Position numbers and translations under genes: made by a program
Assembly (NCBI GenBank): GCA_051005235.1
Contig: JBPCJO010000045.1
Span: forward strand, 1,024-65,023
Source: Candidatus Saccharimonadales bacterium
Lineage (GTDB): Bacteria > Patescibacteriota > Saccharimonadia > Saccharimonadales > 2-12-FULL-41-12
DNA: 64,000 nt
Direction of reading: 5' to 3'
Shown here: positions 27,740 through 37,225 of the stretch, piece by piece
How the letters are laid out: each line of letters starts with the position of its first letter
Position numbering within the stretch: the stretch's first letter is position 1
The notes under the pieces: model-generated
The model's database searches: none
Told to the model about the DNA's origin: nothing
The model's input: only the letters and a program-made list of their open reading frames with translations

Positions 27740-28450
27740 ATGGAACATGGCTTAATACAGAAATTAACTAATTACCGGGTTCCAGTGCACGCTGTTGCCC
27801 TGATTCGGGCCACGCGGGTGGTATTTATCGTCGGCGTAACCGCAGCCGGTAAAGACACCATACTGACACACTTAATTGCTATGCCCGACTATCATCACAT
27901 CGTCTCTCATACTACTCGCCCACCACGCGCCAACCACGGCATTACGGAGCAAAATGGGGTAGATTATCATTTTGTAGATTTAACCACCGCCGAAACGATG
28001 CTCGACGACGGTGGTTACATCGAAGCTAAAAAAGTGCACGGTAACATTTATGGCACGAGTGTCGCTGAGATCCAGATGGCCCATGACGAAGGCAAAATTG
28101 CTATCACCGATATCGAAGTGCGGGGCATTGCCGAGTACCGCGCCGTTGCCGATAATGTCATTCCAATCTTCTTGTTGCCACCAAACTTTGCTACTTGGCA
28201 AACCCGCTTGCAAAAGCGCTCCGGCGGTTCACTCGACCCAGCCGAACTGCGCGTCCGGCTCGAGACCGCTAAAGACGAGCTACAGGAAGTATTGGATAAA
28301 GATTACTTCGAGTTCGTCATAAACGATGATCTAGAAACGACAATCCGAGTGGTAGACAAAATTGCTCACGGTAACTTCTCTAGGCAAAAGAACGAACAGG
28401 CAAAAACGGTCGCCCGGCAACTACTCGCCGAATTACACAAAGCACTGTAA
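27740..28450 (+). CDS. gmk: Guanylate kinase (near-canonical core with N-terminal extension)
   Basis: GVTAAGKDT, HTTRPPRANHGITEQNGVDYHFV, VHGNIYGTS, ITDIEVRG and FVINDDLETT. Confidence 0.7.
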   Translation: MEHGLIQKLTNYRVPVHAVALIRATRVVFIVGVTAAGKDTILTHLIAMPDYHHIVSHTTRPPRANHGITEQNGVDYHFVDLTTAETMLDDGGYIEAKKVHGNIYGTSVAEIQMAHDEGKIAITDIEVRGIAEYRAVADNVIPIFLLPPNFATWQTRLQKRSGGSLDPAELRVRLETAKDELQEVLDKDYFEFVINDDLETTIRVVDKIAHGNFSRQKNEQAKTVARQLLAELHKAL

Positions 28451-28499
28451 GCGTTAGCAATTTTCGCATCGGCTTAATTATGGTAGGGTGATAGTAATT

Positions 28500-28856
28500 A
28501 TGACCAATCTTATCAAAACGGGTCTCTATACTTCAATCTCTTGGTACAGCCACCGGTTACCGCTTAACCACGAAACTATAACTCCTGCAGACCGTAATAT
28601 TAAAGTCGCGTCTATTTCGTCTGACCACTTGATCACGAAGCGTGGCCAGGGAACCGACAATAAGATATGGGAAACGAAAATTGAACTCAAGGGCCATTAT
28701 TCGGTTGAGCCGGGTGACTGCTTTATCGATTACACCCATACTCTAGGAGACACCGAGACGCTGGCCTTCGGTGGCATGGCGAGTGACCTTGCCCTGTCGG
28801 AGCTGGGACGGGTTGCCTTTACCTTAATGTTAAACGCCAAAGCGCTCAAGTCATAG
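28500..28856 (+). CDS. Hypothetical protein
   Basis: ORF only. I prefer the ATG at 28500 over the GTG at 28488. Confidence 0.4.
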   Translation: MTNLIKTGLYTSISWYSHRLPLNHETITPADRNIKVASISSDHLITKRGQGTDNKIWETKIELKGHYSVEPGDCFIDYTHTLGDTETLAFGGMASDLALSELGRVAFTLMLNAKALKS

Positions 28857-28862
28857 TCATTC

Positions 28863-28889
28863 ATTAGCACTCTTGACTAGTGAGTGCTA
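28863..28889. promoter_or_regulatory. CIRCE operator (perfect consensus) with -35 box in its spacer
   Basis: TTAGCACTC-ttgactagt-GAGTGCTAA. TTGACT is at 28872..28877, and TACAAT at 28896..28901 lies 18 nt downstream. Confidence 0.9.
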
Positions 28890-28911
28890 AAAGAGGTACA
28901 ATGCAAGCTAT

Positions 28912-29623
28912 TATGACTGATAGACAAGCACAAATACTGCGGGCCGTGGTTGAGCAATACGCCGAAGTTGCCAGCCCTGTCGGTAGTAGTTTATTAGCTA
29001 AGGTATTTGGCGTCAGTAGCGCCACTATTCGCGCCGAGATGGCCGAACTCGAAAAAATGGGCTTTATTGGCCAACCGCACACCAGTGCCGGCCGTATCCC
29101 CACCGACAAAGGCTATCGTTTTTACGTTAATGCAGTCAGCGAAATGCCCGAAACTGTCCTTGAGCGCCGTGCAGAGCGCGCCCTGACCGCTAGGGTCGAA
29201 GGCGGTGGTTTGCCCGAACGCACCATCCGCAACACTGTAGATACCTTGGTAGAGCTCACACACAATCTTGGTCTGGCTACACTCGGAAATCAGCTGTATA
29301 TGTCTGGCCTCAGTAACCTCTTTGGACAACCCGAATTTTCTGGCGGAGTTCAAGCCCAAGAAGTCGCCCGCCTGCTTGATAACCTCGAGCCGTGGCTGCA
29401 CGAAGCCGCCCCAAATAAGCCGTTAAGCGTTTACATCGGTGCCGAAAATCCAATCGGCCGCAACAGTGGTTGCAGTTTAATAATCAGCCGTTTCCGTAGC
29501 CCTTACAGCGACCACAGTTATATCGGCATACTCGGCCCGACACGCCAAAGTTACCGTGGTACCATGGGCCTTGTCCAGCGTGCCGGTCAAGCCCTAGAGG
29601 AGGTAATGTATGTCCAGCAATAG
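28912..29623 (+). CDS. hrcA: Heat-inducible repressor HrcA (short form)
   Basis: MTDRQAQILRAVVEQYAEVASPVGSSLL...HTSAGRIPTDKGYRFYV. The track start at 28880 lies inside CIRCE, and the ATG at 28900 overlaps the -10 box, so I prefer 28912. Confidence 0.85.
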
Positions 29624-30182
29624 TAGTAAATCGGACCATAATGACGGTTCATTAAAAAATAATGAAGCCCCGTCAACACCCGATAAACACACCACAAAAC
29701 AAAGCGTCACCGGCCGTATCAAAAACGTTATTGACGAACGCAAAAAACTCGAGTCAAAAGTATCTGATTTAACCGATGCCTTGCAGCGTGAACGGGCTGA
29801 CATTACCAACATTCGCCGCCGCCATGAGGGCCAAATGACTAGTCTACGAGATGTCGTAAAAGCTGGCGTCATACGCGACCTGTTACCAGCAATCGATAAC
29901 CTGGAGCGCGGTCTCAAACACGTGCCAAAAGACATAGCCGACCATGATTATGTTAAAGGCATCCAAGGTATCGTTAAACAGTTCGAAAAAACCCTTAAAG
30001 ATATTGGCGTTGAACGAGTAAAAACCGTCGGCAAAGAATTTGACCCTAAATACCACGAAGCTATTAGCATGGAAGACGGCGATGGCAGCCGCGAAGTAGT
30101 CTGCGAAGAACTGCAGTCTGGTTACACACTGGGCGATGAAGTAATTCGCCACGCCATGGTTAAAGTTAAGACCGAAAAATAA
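29610..30182 (+). CDS. grpE: Nucleotide exchange factor GrpE
   Basis: 190 aa. Coiled-coil N-terminus, LLPAIDNLERGL, and a C-terminal beta domain (YHEAIS...GYTLGDEVIRHAMVKV). Confidence 0.9.
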   Translation: MSSNSSKSDHNDGSLKNNEAPSTPDKHTTKQSVTGRIKNVIDERKKLESKVSDLTDALQRERADITNIRRRHEGQMTSLRDVVKAGVIRDLLPAIDNLERGLKHVPKDIADHDYVKGIQGIVKQFEKTLKDIGVERVKTVGKEFDPKYHEAISMEDGDGSREVVCEELQSGYTLGDEVIRHAMVKVKTEK

Positions 30183-30224
30183 TATGAGGCTGCAGAGCTC
30201 CTTAACTTAATATAAGTGGGGTTG

Positions 30225-30282
30225 AGTACTATACCTGCGTTTCATTAAAATTTAATGAATGCAAGGTATAGTACTGATTTTA
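30225..30282 (+). terminator. Long hairpin/terminator after grpE
   Basis: AGTACTATACCT (30225..30236) pairs with AGGTATAGTACT (30264..30275), with further inner pairing, followed by GATTTT. Confidence 0.55.
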
Positions 30283-30300
30283 CTTGCTGTAGTGTAAAAT

Positions 30301-30327
30301 TTAGCACTCTTGACATACGAGTGCCAA
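30301..30327. promoter_or_regulatory. Second CIRCE operator (one mismatch) with -35 box in its spacer
   Basis: TTAGCACTC-ttgacatac-GAGTGCCAA. TTGACA is at 30310..30315, and TATACT at 30334..30339 lies 18 nt downstream. Confidence 0.85.
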
Positions 30328-30384
30328 CTACCTTATACTGGCAGTACAAAGTAACGACTGCTAATTGATAGAAAGGGCATTACC

Positions 30385-30642
30385 ATGGCAAAACAAGTTA
30401 AAATTGAGACTAAAAAGAAGTCTAGCGATCCGGTAGCGGATAAAACCGCGAACCAAGCACTTTTGGCGTCTCGTTCACCTAAAACTAATCTGGTTTTCGC
30501 TGTAATCCTTGGTTTAATCTACCTAACGATTTTTAACCAGAGCGGCCAACAGGCCCTATTGTACGCAATTGGTGCCTTTCTATTTTTTAACACTGTCGAT
30601 TACTTCATTTTGTATTATCGAATCAACAAGAGGAGCAATTAA
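30385..30642 (+). CDS. Small two-TM membrane protein, first gene of the CIRCE-controlled dnaK unit
   Basis: 85 aa. Basic N-terminus plus two hydrophobic helices. It ends 2 nt before dnaK. Confidence 0.55.
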   Translation: MAKQVKIETKKKSSDPVADKTANQALLASRSPKTNLVFAVILGLIYLTIFNQSGQQALLYAIGAFLFFNTVDYFILYYRINKRSN

Positions 30643-30644
30643 TT

Positions 30645-32585
30645 ATGGGAAAAATTATTGGAATTGACCTGGGGACCACTAACTCGGCAATGGCCGTTAT
30701 GCAAGGTGGCAAACCAGAGATTATCGCTAACTCAGAGGGCAACCGGACGACACCGAGCGTGGTTGCAATCAATAAAAACGGCGAGCGTTTGGTTGGCCAG
30801 GTTGCTAACCGCCAGCGAGTTACCAATGCGACCAACACTATTTTTGGCGTTAAGCGCTTAATTGGCCGCAAAATTACCGATAAAGAAGTTCAAAAAGATA
30901 TCGAGTTAATGCCCTACAAGATTAAAAAGGCAAACTCACACGTTAAAGTTAGCATGGCCGACAAAGACTACAGTCCCGAAGAAGTCAGCGCTATGATTTT
31001 GAGCAAGCTTAAAGCTGACGCCGAAGCCTTTTTAGGTCAACCAGTCACCGAGGCGGTCATTACTGTTCCGGCTTACTTTGACGACTCGCAGCGCCAAGCT
31101 ACCAAAGATGCCGGTAAAATCGCCGGCCTCGAAGTAAAGCGCATTATTAACGAACCGACTGCCGCGGCACTCGCCTATGGCCTCGACAAAGGTAAAGAAG
31201 AGAAGATCGTTGTGTATGACCTTGGCGGCGGCACCTTCGACGTTTCGATCCTCCAGCTTGGCGATGGTGTCTTTGAAGTACTTTCGACCAATGGCGATAC
31301 GCACCTTGGCGGCGAAGACTTTGACATGCGCATCGTCAACCACTTCGTTGACGCCTTTAAAAAAGAGTCAGGCATCGACGTAAAGGGCGACAAAGCGGCT
31401 ATGCAACGCCTTAAAGAAGAGGCCGAAAAAGCTAAGAAAGAACTTTCTACTACCGAAGCAGCCGACATTAATCTGCCATTCTTAACGGCCGACGCCGACG
31501 GGCCAAAGCACTTTGAGTATAAGCTGACCCGCGCTGGCCTAATCGAACTAGTCCAAGACCTAATCGACGCGACCGCAAAACCATGCGAAAAAGCGCTTAA
31601 AGATGCCAAACTCAAGGCTTCTGACATCAACGAAATCGTCTTAGTCGGCGGCATGACCCGTATGCCCGCCGTTGTCGAAAAAGTGAAGTCTATTTTTGGC
31701 AAAGAACCAAAGCAAGGCGTAAACCCCGACGAAGTTGTTGCGATTGGCGCGGCAATTCAAGGCGGTGTGTTGCAGGGCGACGTTAAAGACGTGCTCTTGC
31801 TTGATGTAACACCTCTTAGCTTGGGTATTGAAACACTCGGTGGAGTCACGACTAAACTGATCGAACGCAACACGACGATTCCAACCAGTAAGAGTGAGAC
31901 ATTCTCAACCGCGGCTGACAATCAATCGCAGGTAGAAATACATGTTTTGCAAGGCGAACGCGAAATGGTCAACGACAACAAGTCACTTGGCCGCTTTGTG
32001 CTGGACGGTATTCCACCAGCCCCTCGCGGTATCCCGCAGGTTGAAGTTACCTTTAACCTCGACGCCAACGGCATCTTAAACGTCAGCGCCAAAGACAAAG
32101 GCAGCGGTAAAGAACAGAGCATTACGATTCAAAACAGTGGCAACCTTTCTAAGGATGAAGTTGAAAAGGCTGCCAAAGAAGCCGAGCTCCACGCCGAAGA
32201 AGACAAGTCAAAACGCGAGTCTGCCGAGTCGCGTAACCTCTTTGACAGTGCCATCTACCAGGCCGAAAAAATGCCAACCGAGTACAAAGACAAGATTTCT
32301 GACGAAGATAAGGCAACCATCGAAGAAGCCGTCGCCGAAGCTAAAAAAGTTCAAGCCGACGAAAAGGCCGATAAGGATGCCTATGAAGCTGCCATTAAAG
32401 ACTTGAACGAAAAGATCTTGCCAATCGGTGCTAAGATGTACGAACAAGAAACCGCCGAAAAGGCCAAAGCCGACAGTGACTCTGAGGAGGCCGATGCTAC
32501 TGACGCTCCTCAAGAAGATAGTCCAGTTGAAGGTGAAGTGGTTGACGATAAAAAGGCCGACGAAGAAACCAAAGGTAAGAAATAG
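30645..32585 (+). CDS. dnaK: Chaperone DnaK (Hsp70)
   Basis: [17 protein letters not shown] and [10 protein letters not shown]. 646 aa. Confidence 0.97.
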   Translation: MGKIIGIDLGTTNSAMAVMQGGKPEIIANSEGNRTTPSVVAINKNGERLVGQVANRQRVTNATNTIFGVKRLIGRKITDKEVQKDIELMPYKIKKANSHVKVSMADKDYSPEEVSAMILSKLKADAEAFLGQPVTEAVITVPAYFDDSQRQATKDAGKIAGLEVKRIINEPTAAALAYGLDKGKEEKIVVYDLGGGTFDVSILQLGDGVFEVLSTNGDTHLGGEDFDMRIVNHFVDAFKKESGIDVKGDKAAMQRLKEEAEKAKKELSTTEAADINLPFLTADADGPKHFEYKLTRAGLIELVQDLIDATAKPCEKALKDAKLKASDINEIVLVGGMTRMPAVVEKVKSIFGKEPKQGVNPDEVVAIGAAIQGGVLQGDVKDVLLLDVTPLSLGIETLGGVTTKLIERNTTIPTSKSETFSTAADNQSQVEIHVLQGEREMVNDNKSLGRFVLDGIPPAPRGIPQVEVTFNLDANGILNVSAKDKGSGKEQSITIQNSGNLSKDEVEKAAKEAELHAEEDKSKRESAESRNLFDSAIYQAEKMPTEYKDKISDEDKATIEEAVAEAKKVQADEKADKDAYEAAIKDLNEKILPIGAKMYEQETAEKAKADSDSEEADATDAPQEDSPVEGEVVDDKKADEETKGKK

Positions 32586-32670
32586 TTTAGCCTTAACTCC
32601 GTAAAATAAGTGGCATACAACATGAATAAATTGGCAGAGGGCTTGTTAGGTGCTAGTATTTTTATACAGC

Positions 32671-32710
32671 ACCCCGTGTTGGCGCAGGTCTCAGCGGGGC
32701 GTTTTATTTG
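32671..32710 (+). terminator. Possible intrinsic terminator after dnaK
   Basis: A short CCCCG...CGGGG stem followed by GTTTTATTT. Confidence 0.4.
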
Positions 32711-32878
32711 GATAAAGTGGAGGTAAGAATTTATGGCTAAACTCTATTTTTGTCCAGCAAAGATGACCACGATTAACCTAGTATTGACAAGTGTTAGCGT
32801 TTTTGATATGATGCTTCAACAGCGCCTCGCTTGGTCTTCGGATCTCGCGAGGCTATTGTATTGGTGGGGTAAAAAATC

Positions 32879-33496
32879 ATGAAGCGAAACATATATATAG
32901 ACGGTGAAAACTTAGTACATATTGTTGTTGATTGTTTAATAAGTAAAAAGCTTATAAAAAACCGCCGTGACTTACAAGATTTTGATTTTGGCTATCTCAT
33001 CGATTTTGTAACCCGAGTAAAACCGCATAAAGCCACGAAAACACGCTATTATGGCGCTAAACTCCAGGTTTTTAAAGGTAATTCTCGGCTTGAGAAAAAT
33101 TCAAAAGATATGGTGCGCTGGAATTCAAACTGGATTAACGTCTTGCAAAAGCAAAAAATCGAATTTATCAAATGCGGACACTTAAAGTTACGTGATAGCC
33201 ATAAATGCAATCATTGCGGAAAAACTAATCAGATTTTCTTAGAAAAAGGCGTAGATGTTGGCCTGGCGGTTGATGTGGTATCTGACGCTCTAAAGGGGCA
33301 TGTCAACGAAATAGTCTTATTTAGCGCCGACAGTGACATGTTACCAGCAATTAAGCGCGCCCATGGCGCCGGTGTACGAGTAGTATATGCAGCTTACTCA
33401 GGAGCTATGAATAGGGCTTTGACAACAATGGCCGATGACGTTTGGACATTTTCTGAGGAACAGATAGTAGAGGCCTTTAAGAGGAATAATAAATGA
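32879..33496 (+). CDS. NYN/LabA-like domain protein with CxxC zinc ribbon
   Basis: [19 protein letters not shown] and [13 protein letters not shown] are PIN-like NYN acidic residues. CNHCGK is also present. Confidence 0.7.
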   Translation: MKRNIYIDGENLVHIVVDCLISKKLIKNRRDLQDFDFGYLIDFVTRVKPHKATKTRYYGAKLQVFKGNSRLEKNSKDMVRWNSNWINVLQKQKIEFIKCGHLKLRDSHKCNHCGKTNQIFLEKGVDVGLAVDVVSDALKGHVNEIVLFSADSDMLPAIKRAHGAGVRVVYAAYSGAMNRALTTMADDVWTFSEEQIVEAFKRNNK

Positions 33497-34605
33497 GTAA
33501 ACGAGACTACTACGAGATACTAGGTTTAGCGAAAGGTGCTTCTGATGATGAAATCAAGAAGGCGTTTCGTCGTGTCGCGGTAGAACATCATCCGGATCGC
33601 GGGGGCGATGAGATAAAGTTTAAAGAAGCTAGCGAGGCCTACGAAGTCCTCAAAGATCCGTCTAAGCGGCAGCGCTACGACCAGTTTGGTCATGCCGGAG
33701 TCGGCGGTGCGGCGGGCGGCGGTAACCCCTATGCCGGTTTTGGTGGCGCCGGCGGCCAAGAAATGCACTTTGACTTTGGTGACTTGGGCCTGGGTGACAT
33801 CTTAGGCAGCTTCTTTGGTGGCGGCCCCGGCGGCAACGCCCGTAGCCGCCGCGGGGCACGTGGTAACGACGTCGAAACTGGCTTAGAACTCAGTTTTGAA
33901 GAAGCGATTTTTGGCATTGAACACGAACTTAAAATTAATCTCAAAGATTCGTGCAGTCATTGTAAAGGCACGACAGCTGAGCCGGGCTACGAATTAAAAA
34001 CCTGTACGACCTGTAAGGGTACTGGCCAGGTGATACAGCCAGTCCGTACCATCTTCGGAAATATCAACCAGTCCGCGCCGTGCCCGACGTGTAAGACCAC
34101 TGGTAAAGTTCCCGAAAAAGTCTGTAGCGTCTGCAAAGGCAGCGGTACTGAGAAGAAGAATCAGACGATCAGTCTTAAAATACCGGCTGGCATTGATGAT
34201 GGCGCTACCATTCGCTTGCGTGAACACGGTGAGGCGGTTGCCAATGGTCCAAAAGGCGACTTGTACGTCCAGGTTCGCGTTAAGCCGCATAAACAGTTTA
34301 CCCGTGAAGGTGATTTAATCTTAAGTGAAGAACATATCAATATGGTTGATGCGGCGCTGGGTACTGAAATTGAAGTTGCTACCGTCGACGGCCCCGTTAC
34401 CATGAAAGTTCCGGCAGGCACGCAGAGTGGCACCGACTTTAAGTTGTCGGACCACGGAGTGCCACATATTAAAAGCAATACCCGTGGCGCCCACATTGTT
34501 ACGGTGACGGTAGACACTCCAACCAAGCTTTCTAAACAGCAAACTGAACTCCTACAAGCTTTGAAAGACACTAATTTAGAGAAGAAAAGCCGGTTTGGTT
34601 TTTAA
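33493..34605 (+). CDS. dnaJ: Co-chaperone DnaJ
   Basis: J domain DYYEILGL...HHPDR, a G-rich linker, and four CxxCxG zinc-finger repeats. Confidence 0.95.
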   Translation: MSKRDYYEILGLAKGASDDEIKKAFRRVAVEHHPDRGGDEIKFKEASEAYEVLKDPSKRQRYDQFGHAGVGGAAGGGNPYAGFGGAGGQEMHFDFGDLGLGDILGSFFGGGPGGNARSRRGARGNDVETGLELSFEEAIFGIEHELKINLKDSCSHCKGTTAEPGYELKTCTTCKGTGQVIQPVRTIFGNINQSAPCPTCKTTGKVPEKVCSVCKGSGTEKKNQTISLKIPAGIDDGATIRLREHGEAVANGPKGDLYVQVRVKPHKQFTREGDLILSEEHINMVDAALGTEIEVATVDGPVTMKVPAGTQSGTDFKLSDHGVPHIKSNTRGAHIVTVTVDTPTKLSKQQTELLQALKDTNLEKKSRFGF

Positions 34606-34646
34606 CAACGATGTAGTGTAGTACTATAATGATAATAAACCCGATT

Positions 34647-34769
34647 ATGCCCAAATCTATGAAAAAAAATGAACAAGGCTTTATTACGATGATCGTTATA
34701 CTGCTCGCAATACTATTGCTAGCCATCTTTTTTGCGTATACCCGCGTTAAGACCGCTCAACAGGGTTAA
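34647..34769 (+). CDS. 40-codon small membrane peptide with degenerate prepilin-like N-terminus
   Basis: MPKSMKKNEQGFITMIVILLAILLLAIFFAYTRVKTAQQG. A basic leader, then G-F-I-T and a hydrophobic helix, but no Glu at +5. Coding status uncertain. Confidence 0.3.
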   Translation: MPKSMKKNEQGFITMIVILLAILLLAIFFAYTRVKTAQQG

Positions 34770-34850
34770 AATATTTGCGAATTTTCGTATTGCAAAAGAA
34801 TACTCCCGCTGTTACTATCCAAAATGTCCCATAAATAATAGAGAGTACGA

Positions 34851-36245
34851 ATGCCTGGATTTGACGAAGCGAGTGAGAGAGATATGATTCTTTTTGTAGG
34901 ATCATATTTGTCTACCCAGCAGGATTCGCTCAAAAAGCTTAGCAGCGTCCTGGGAAAAAATTTGCAGGCCTGCGTACTGCTCGATATTACTCAGCCTGCG
35001 GCTAAACTTAATAAAGCGGCGGCGGACAATAAAACAACTATTTTAGAGTGTGATTTTTCTTCCCATGTGGCTATCCAAAAAATTTTGCTGCCCTATAAAC
35101 GCCGTCTTTTGGCAGTAACTTGCCGGGCAGAAAAAAATATACCCCTCCTGCACAAAATTATTCCGCATGTACCATACATCAACACTCCAACGGAACTTTC
35201 GCTCGATTGGACTACCAATAAAATTCGTATGCGACAGATGCTCAGGAGCTTTGACAAAACTATTTCGCCGAAGTTCGCGGTGGTCCATGATGATTCAGTA
35301 GAAACGATGGACCGCGTCGAAAAGCAAGTTGGCTTTCCGTTAATTATTAAGCCAGCCGGGTTGGCAGCAAGTTTGTTGGTATCGCTTTGTTACCACCGGG
35401 AAGAGCTAGAAGCAAATTTGCACAATACGGTTAAAAAAATTAATAAAATTTATAAGAAAAAAAGCGGCCGCGGAGAGCCGCAAATACTGGTCGAAGAATT
35501 TATGGAGGGAGCGATGTATTCGATCGATTCATACGTAAATCAGCGCGGCATAGTCTATCATACGCCGCTAGTGCATGTCCGTACCGGCCGTTCGGTGGGC
35601 TTTGATGATTTCTTTGGCTACGCTCGCCTAACACCGGTAAAGCTTAAACCGCATAAAGTCGAAGCCGCCGGTAAGGTAGCCGAAAAGGCTATTAAGGCTT
35701 TAAACCTGCGCAGCACTACGTGTCATATCGAACTCATGAAAACAGAAGATGGTTGGAAAGTTATTGAACTCGGGCCGCGGATTGGTGGCTTTCGCGATGA
35801 GATGTACAAGCTCTCGTATGGAATTGACCATGCAACTAACGATATTTTGATCCGGATTCCAAAGAAACCGATTTTATCTAAAAAAGTACGTGGCTATACC
35901 GCGGTACTGCAATTTTATCCGCCCAAAAAAGGCCGGCTCGCCAAACTTGAGGGCATCAATAAGACCCGGCAGCTTGAGTCATTTTCGCGCATTAACATTA
36001 AGAAGAAGGTAAGCGACTTGTGCGATTTTGCCCGCAATGGCGATGACCCTATTTTTGATATCGTTTTGTTCAATAAACAGCGCTCAAGGTTGCTGGCCGA
36101 CATAAGGCGACTCGAACAAACCGTAAAAATTCAGATTCGCCAGCCAAAGCGAAGTGTGGGAATAATTCAAACCCCTGTTAAAATAACTGGGTATGGTAAA
36201 CAAACTAACCAAGCCAAACGTCAAAAAGACAAAGTCGGGGCGTAG
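34851..36245 (+). CDS. ATP-grasp domain protein (carboxylate-amine ligase-like)
   Basis: PLIIKPAGLAASLLV, LVEEFMEGAMYSIDSYV and HIELMKTEDGWKVIELGPRIGG. Confidence 0.75.
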   Translation: MPGFDEASERDMILFVGSYLSTQQDSLKKLSSVLGKNLQACVLLDITQPAAKLNKAAADNKTTILECDFSSHVAIQKILLPYKRRLLAVTCRAEKNIPLLHKIIPHVPYINTPTELSLDWTTNKIRMRQMLRSFDKTISPKFAVVHDDSVETMDRVEKQVGFPLIIKPAGLAASLLVSLCYHREELEANLHNTVKKINKIYKKKSGRGEPQILVEEFMEGAMYSIDSYVNQRGIVYHTPLVHVRTGRSVGFDDFFGYARLTPVKLKPHKVEAAGKVAEKAIKALNLRSTTCHIELMKTEDGWKVIELGPRIGGFRDEMYKLSYGIDHATNDILIRIPKKPILSKKVRGYTAVLQFYPPKKGRLAKLEGINKTRQLESFSRINIKKKVSDLCDFARNGDDPIFDIVLFNKQRSRLLADIRRLEQTVKIQIRQPKRSVGIIQTPVKITGYGKQTNQAKRQKDKVGA

Positions 36246-36714
36246 CCTCGTTACTATCGCGATAATCGCGGTTAGCTTTGCTTTTATCATTTCGTTATTC
36301 TCGATAATACAGGTACGGGATCAGCCCCAGACTTCTGTAACCAGCGGATTAAAAGATGACGGGCAGTGCGATGGCCTGCAGATTTCGGACCAATGCTACA
36401 CGTTAGAGCGGGCCGAAACAAACGCGGCTCGAACCCAGGGCTTATCTGATAGGGACAGCCTGGCGGACAAGGCCGCTATGCTGTTTGTATTTGAACAACC
36501 AGTTAAACAATGCATTTGGATGAAAGCTATGCGTTTTGACCTGGACATAATCTGGCTCAACGAAGCCAAGACGATTACCCGTATCGAAAAGGAGGTTAGC
36601 CCAGACACCTATCCGACCTTGTTTTGCTCGGATGATACCAAGTACGTCATCGAATTAAATAGCGGCGAGGCGGCTACGCTTGGCCTGAACAACGGTACCG
36701 AGCTGGCATTTTAG
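36193..36714 (+). CDS. DUF192 domain protein, N-terminally anchored
   Basis: MRFDLDIIWLNEAKTITRIEKEVSPDTYP is DUF192-like. It overlaps the ATP-grasp 3' end by 53 nt if the ATG at 36193 is used. Confidence 0.6.
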   Translation: MVNKLTKPNVKKTKSGRSLVTIAIIAVSFAFIISLFSIIQVRDQPQTSVTSGLKDDGQCDGLQISDQCYTLERAETNAARTQGLSDRDSLADKAAMLFVFEQPVKQCIWMKAMRFDLDIIWLNEAKTITRIEKEVSPDTYPTLFCSDDTKYVIELNSGEAATLGLNNGTELAF

Positions 36715-36745
36715 AAAAGTGCAAAAGTCCTAATTATGATACAGT

Positions 36746-37222
36746 ATGCACATGAATGAACTGCTTATCCTTGGCGGCATAACGCTGGCTATATGGCTGT
36801 GTTTATTATTTTTACGGGTACCTTCGAGTATCGCATTTTTAAGCCTGCTGATTGGCCAGTTGATTGTTACCGAGGTCAGCACTGATGTATATAATGCCGT
36901 TGCTTCTACCTTACATATTGCCGACTTGCGCTACGTTCAGGCCACGTTGCTGATTTTGCCATTGTTACTCACAGTATTATTTTTGCGCGGCCGGGTTGCC
37001 AAGTCCAAACTGATTATCGAAGCCATACCAACGCTTTTTGTAGCCGCCTTAACCGTTTTATTACTTGGCCCGGCAATATCCGCGTTGGGCACTTTACTCG
37101 ATATAGCGACAAGCGACCGTCTGGACGCTTATAAAAGCATCATCGTGATTGCGGCGTCAGTATCGGGATTACTGAGCGCCTGGTTCAGCTATCCGCGGCC
37201 AGCCGGTAAAGAGCACAAATAG
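36746..37222 (+). CDS. Hypothetical polytopic membrane protein
   Basis: 158 aa with about four hydrophobic helices. Confidence 0.5.
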   Translation: MHMNELLILGGITLAIWLCLLFLRVPSSIAFLSLLIGQLIVTEVSTDVYNAVASTLHIADLRYVQATLLILPLLLTVLFLRGRVAKSKLIIEAIPTLFVAALTVLLLGPAISALGTLLDIATSDRLDAYKSIIVIAASVSGLLSAWFSYPRPAGKEHK

Positions 37223-37225
37223 TAG

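Noticed and set aside
28880-28911. Upstream starts for hrcA: the track start at 28880 and the ATG at 28900.
   Set aside because: Position 28880 lies inside the CIRCE inverted repeat, and 28900 overlaps the predicted -10 hexamer. The ATG at 28912 gives the canonical MTDRQ..IL HrcA N-terminus.
32733-32885. A 50-codon ORF (MAKLYFCPAKMTTINL...) with a GGAGG 9 nt upstream. It ends in an ATGA overlap with the NYN gene.
   Set aside because: It is spanned by the predicted TTGACA/TATGAT promoter and the leader hairpin of the NYN gene, so most of it would not be on that transcript. There is no supporting motif. It is possible but unsupported.
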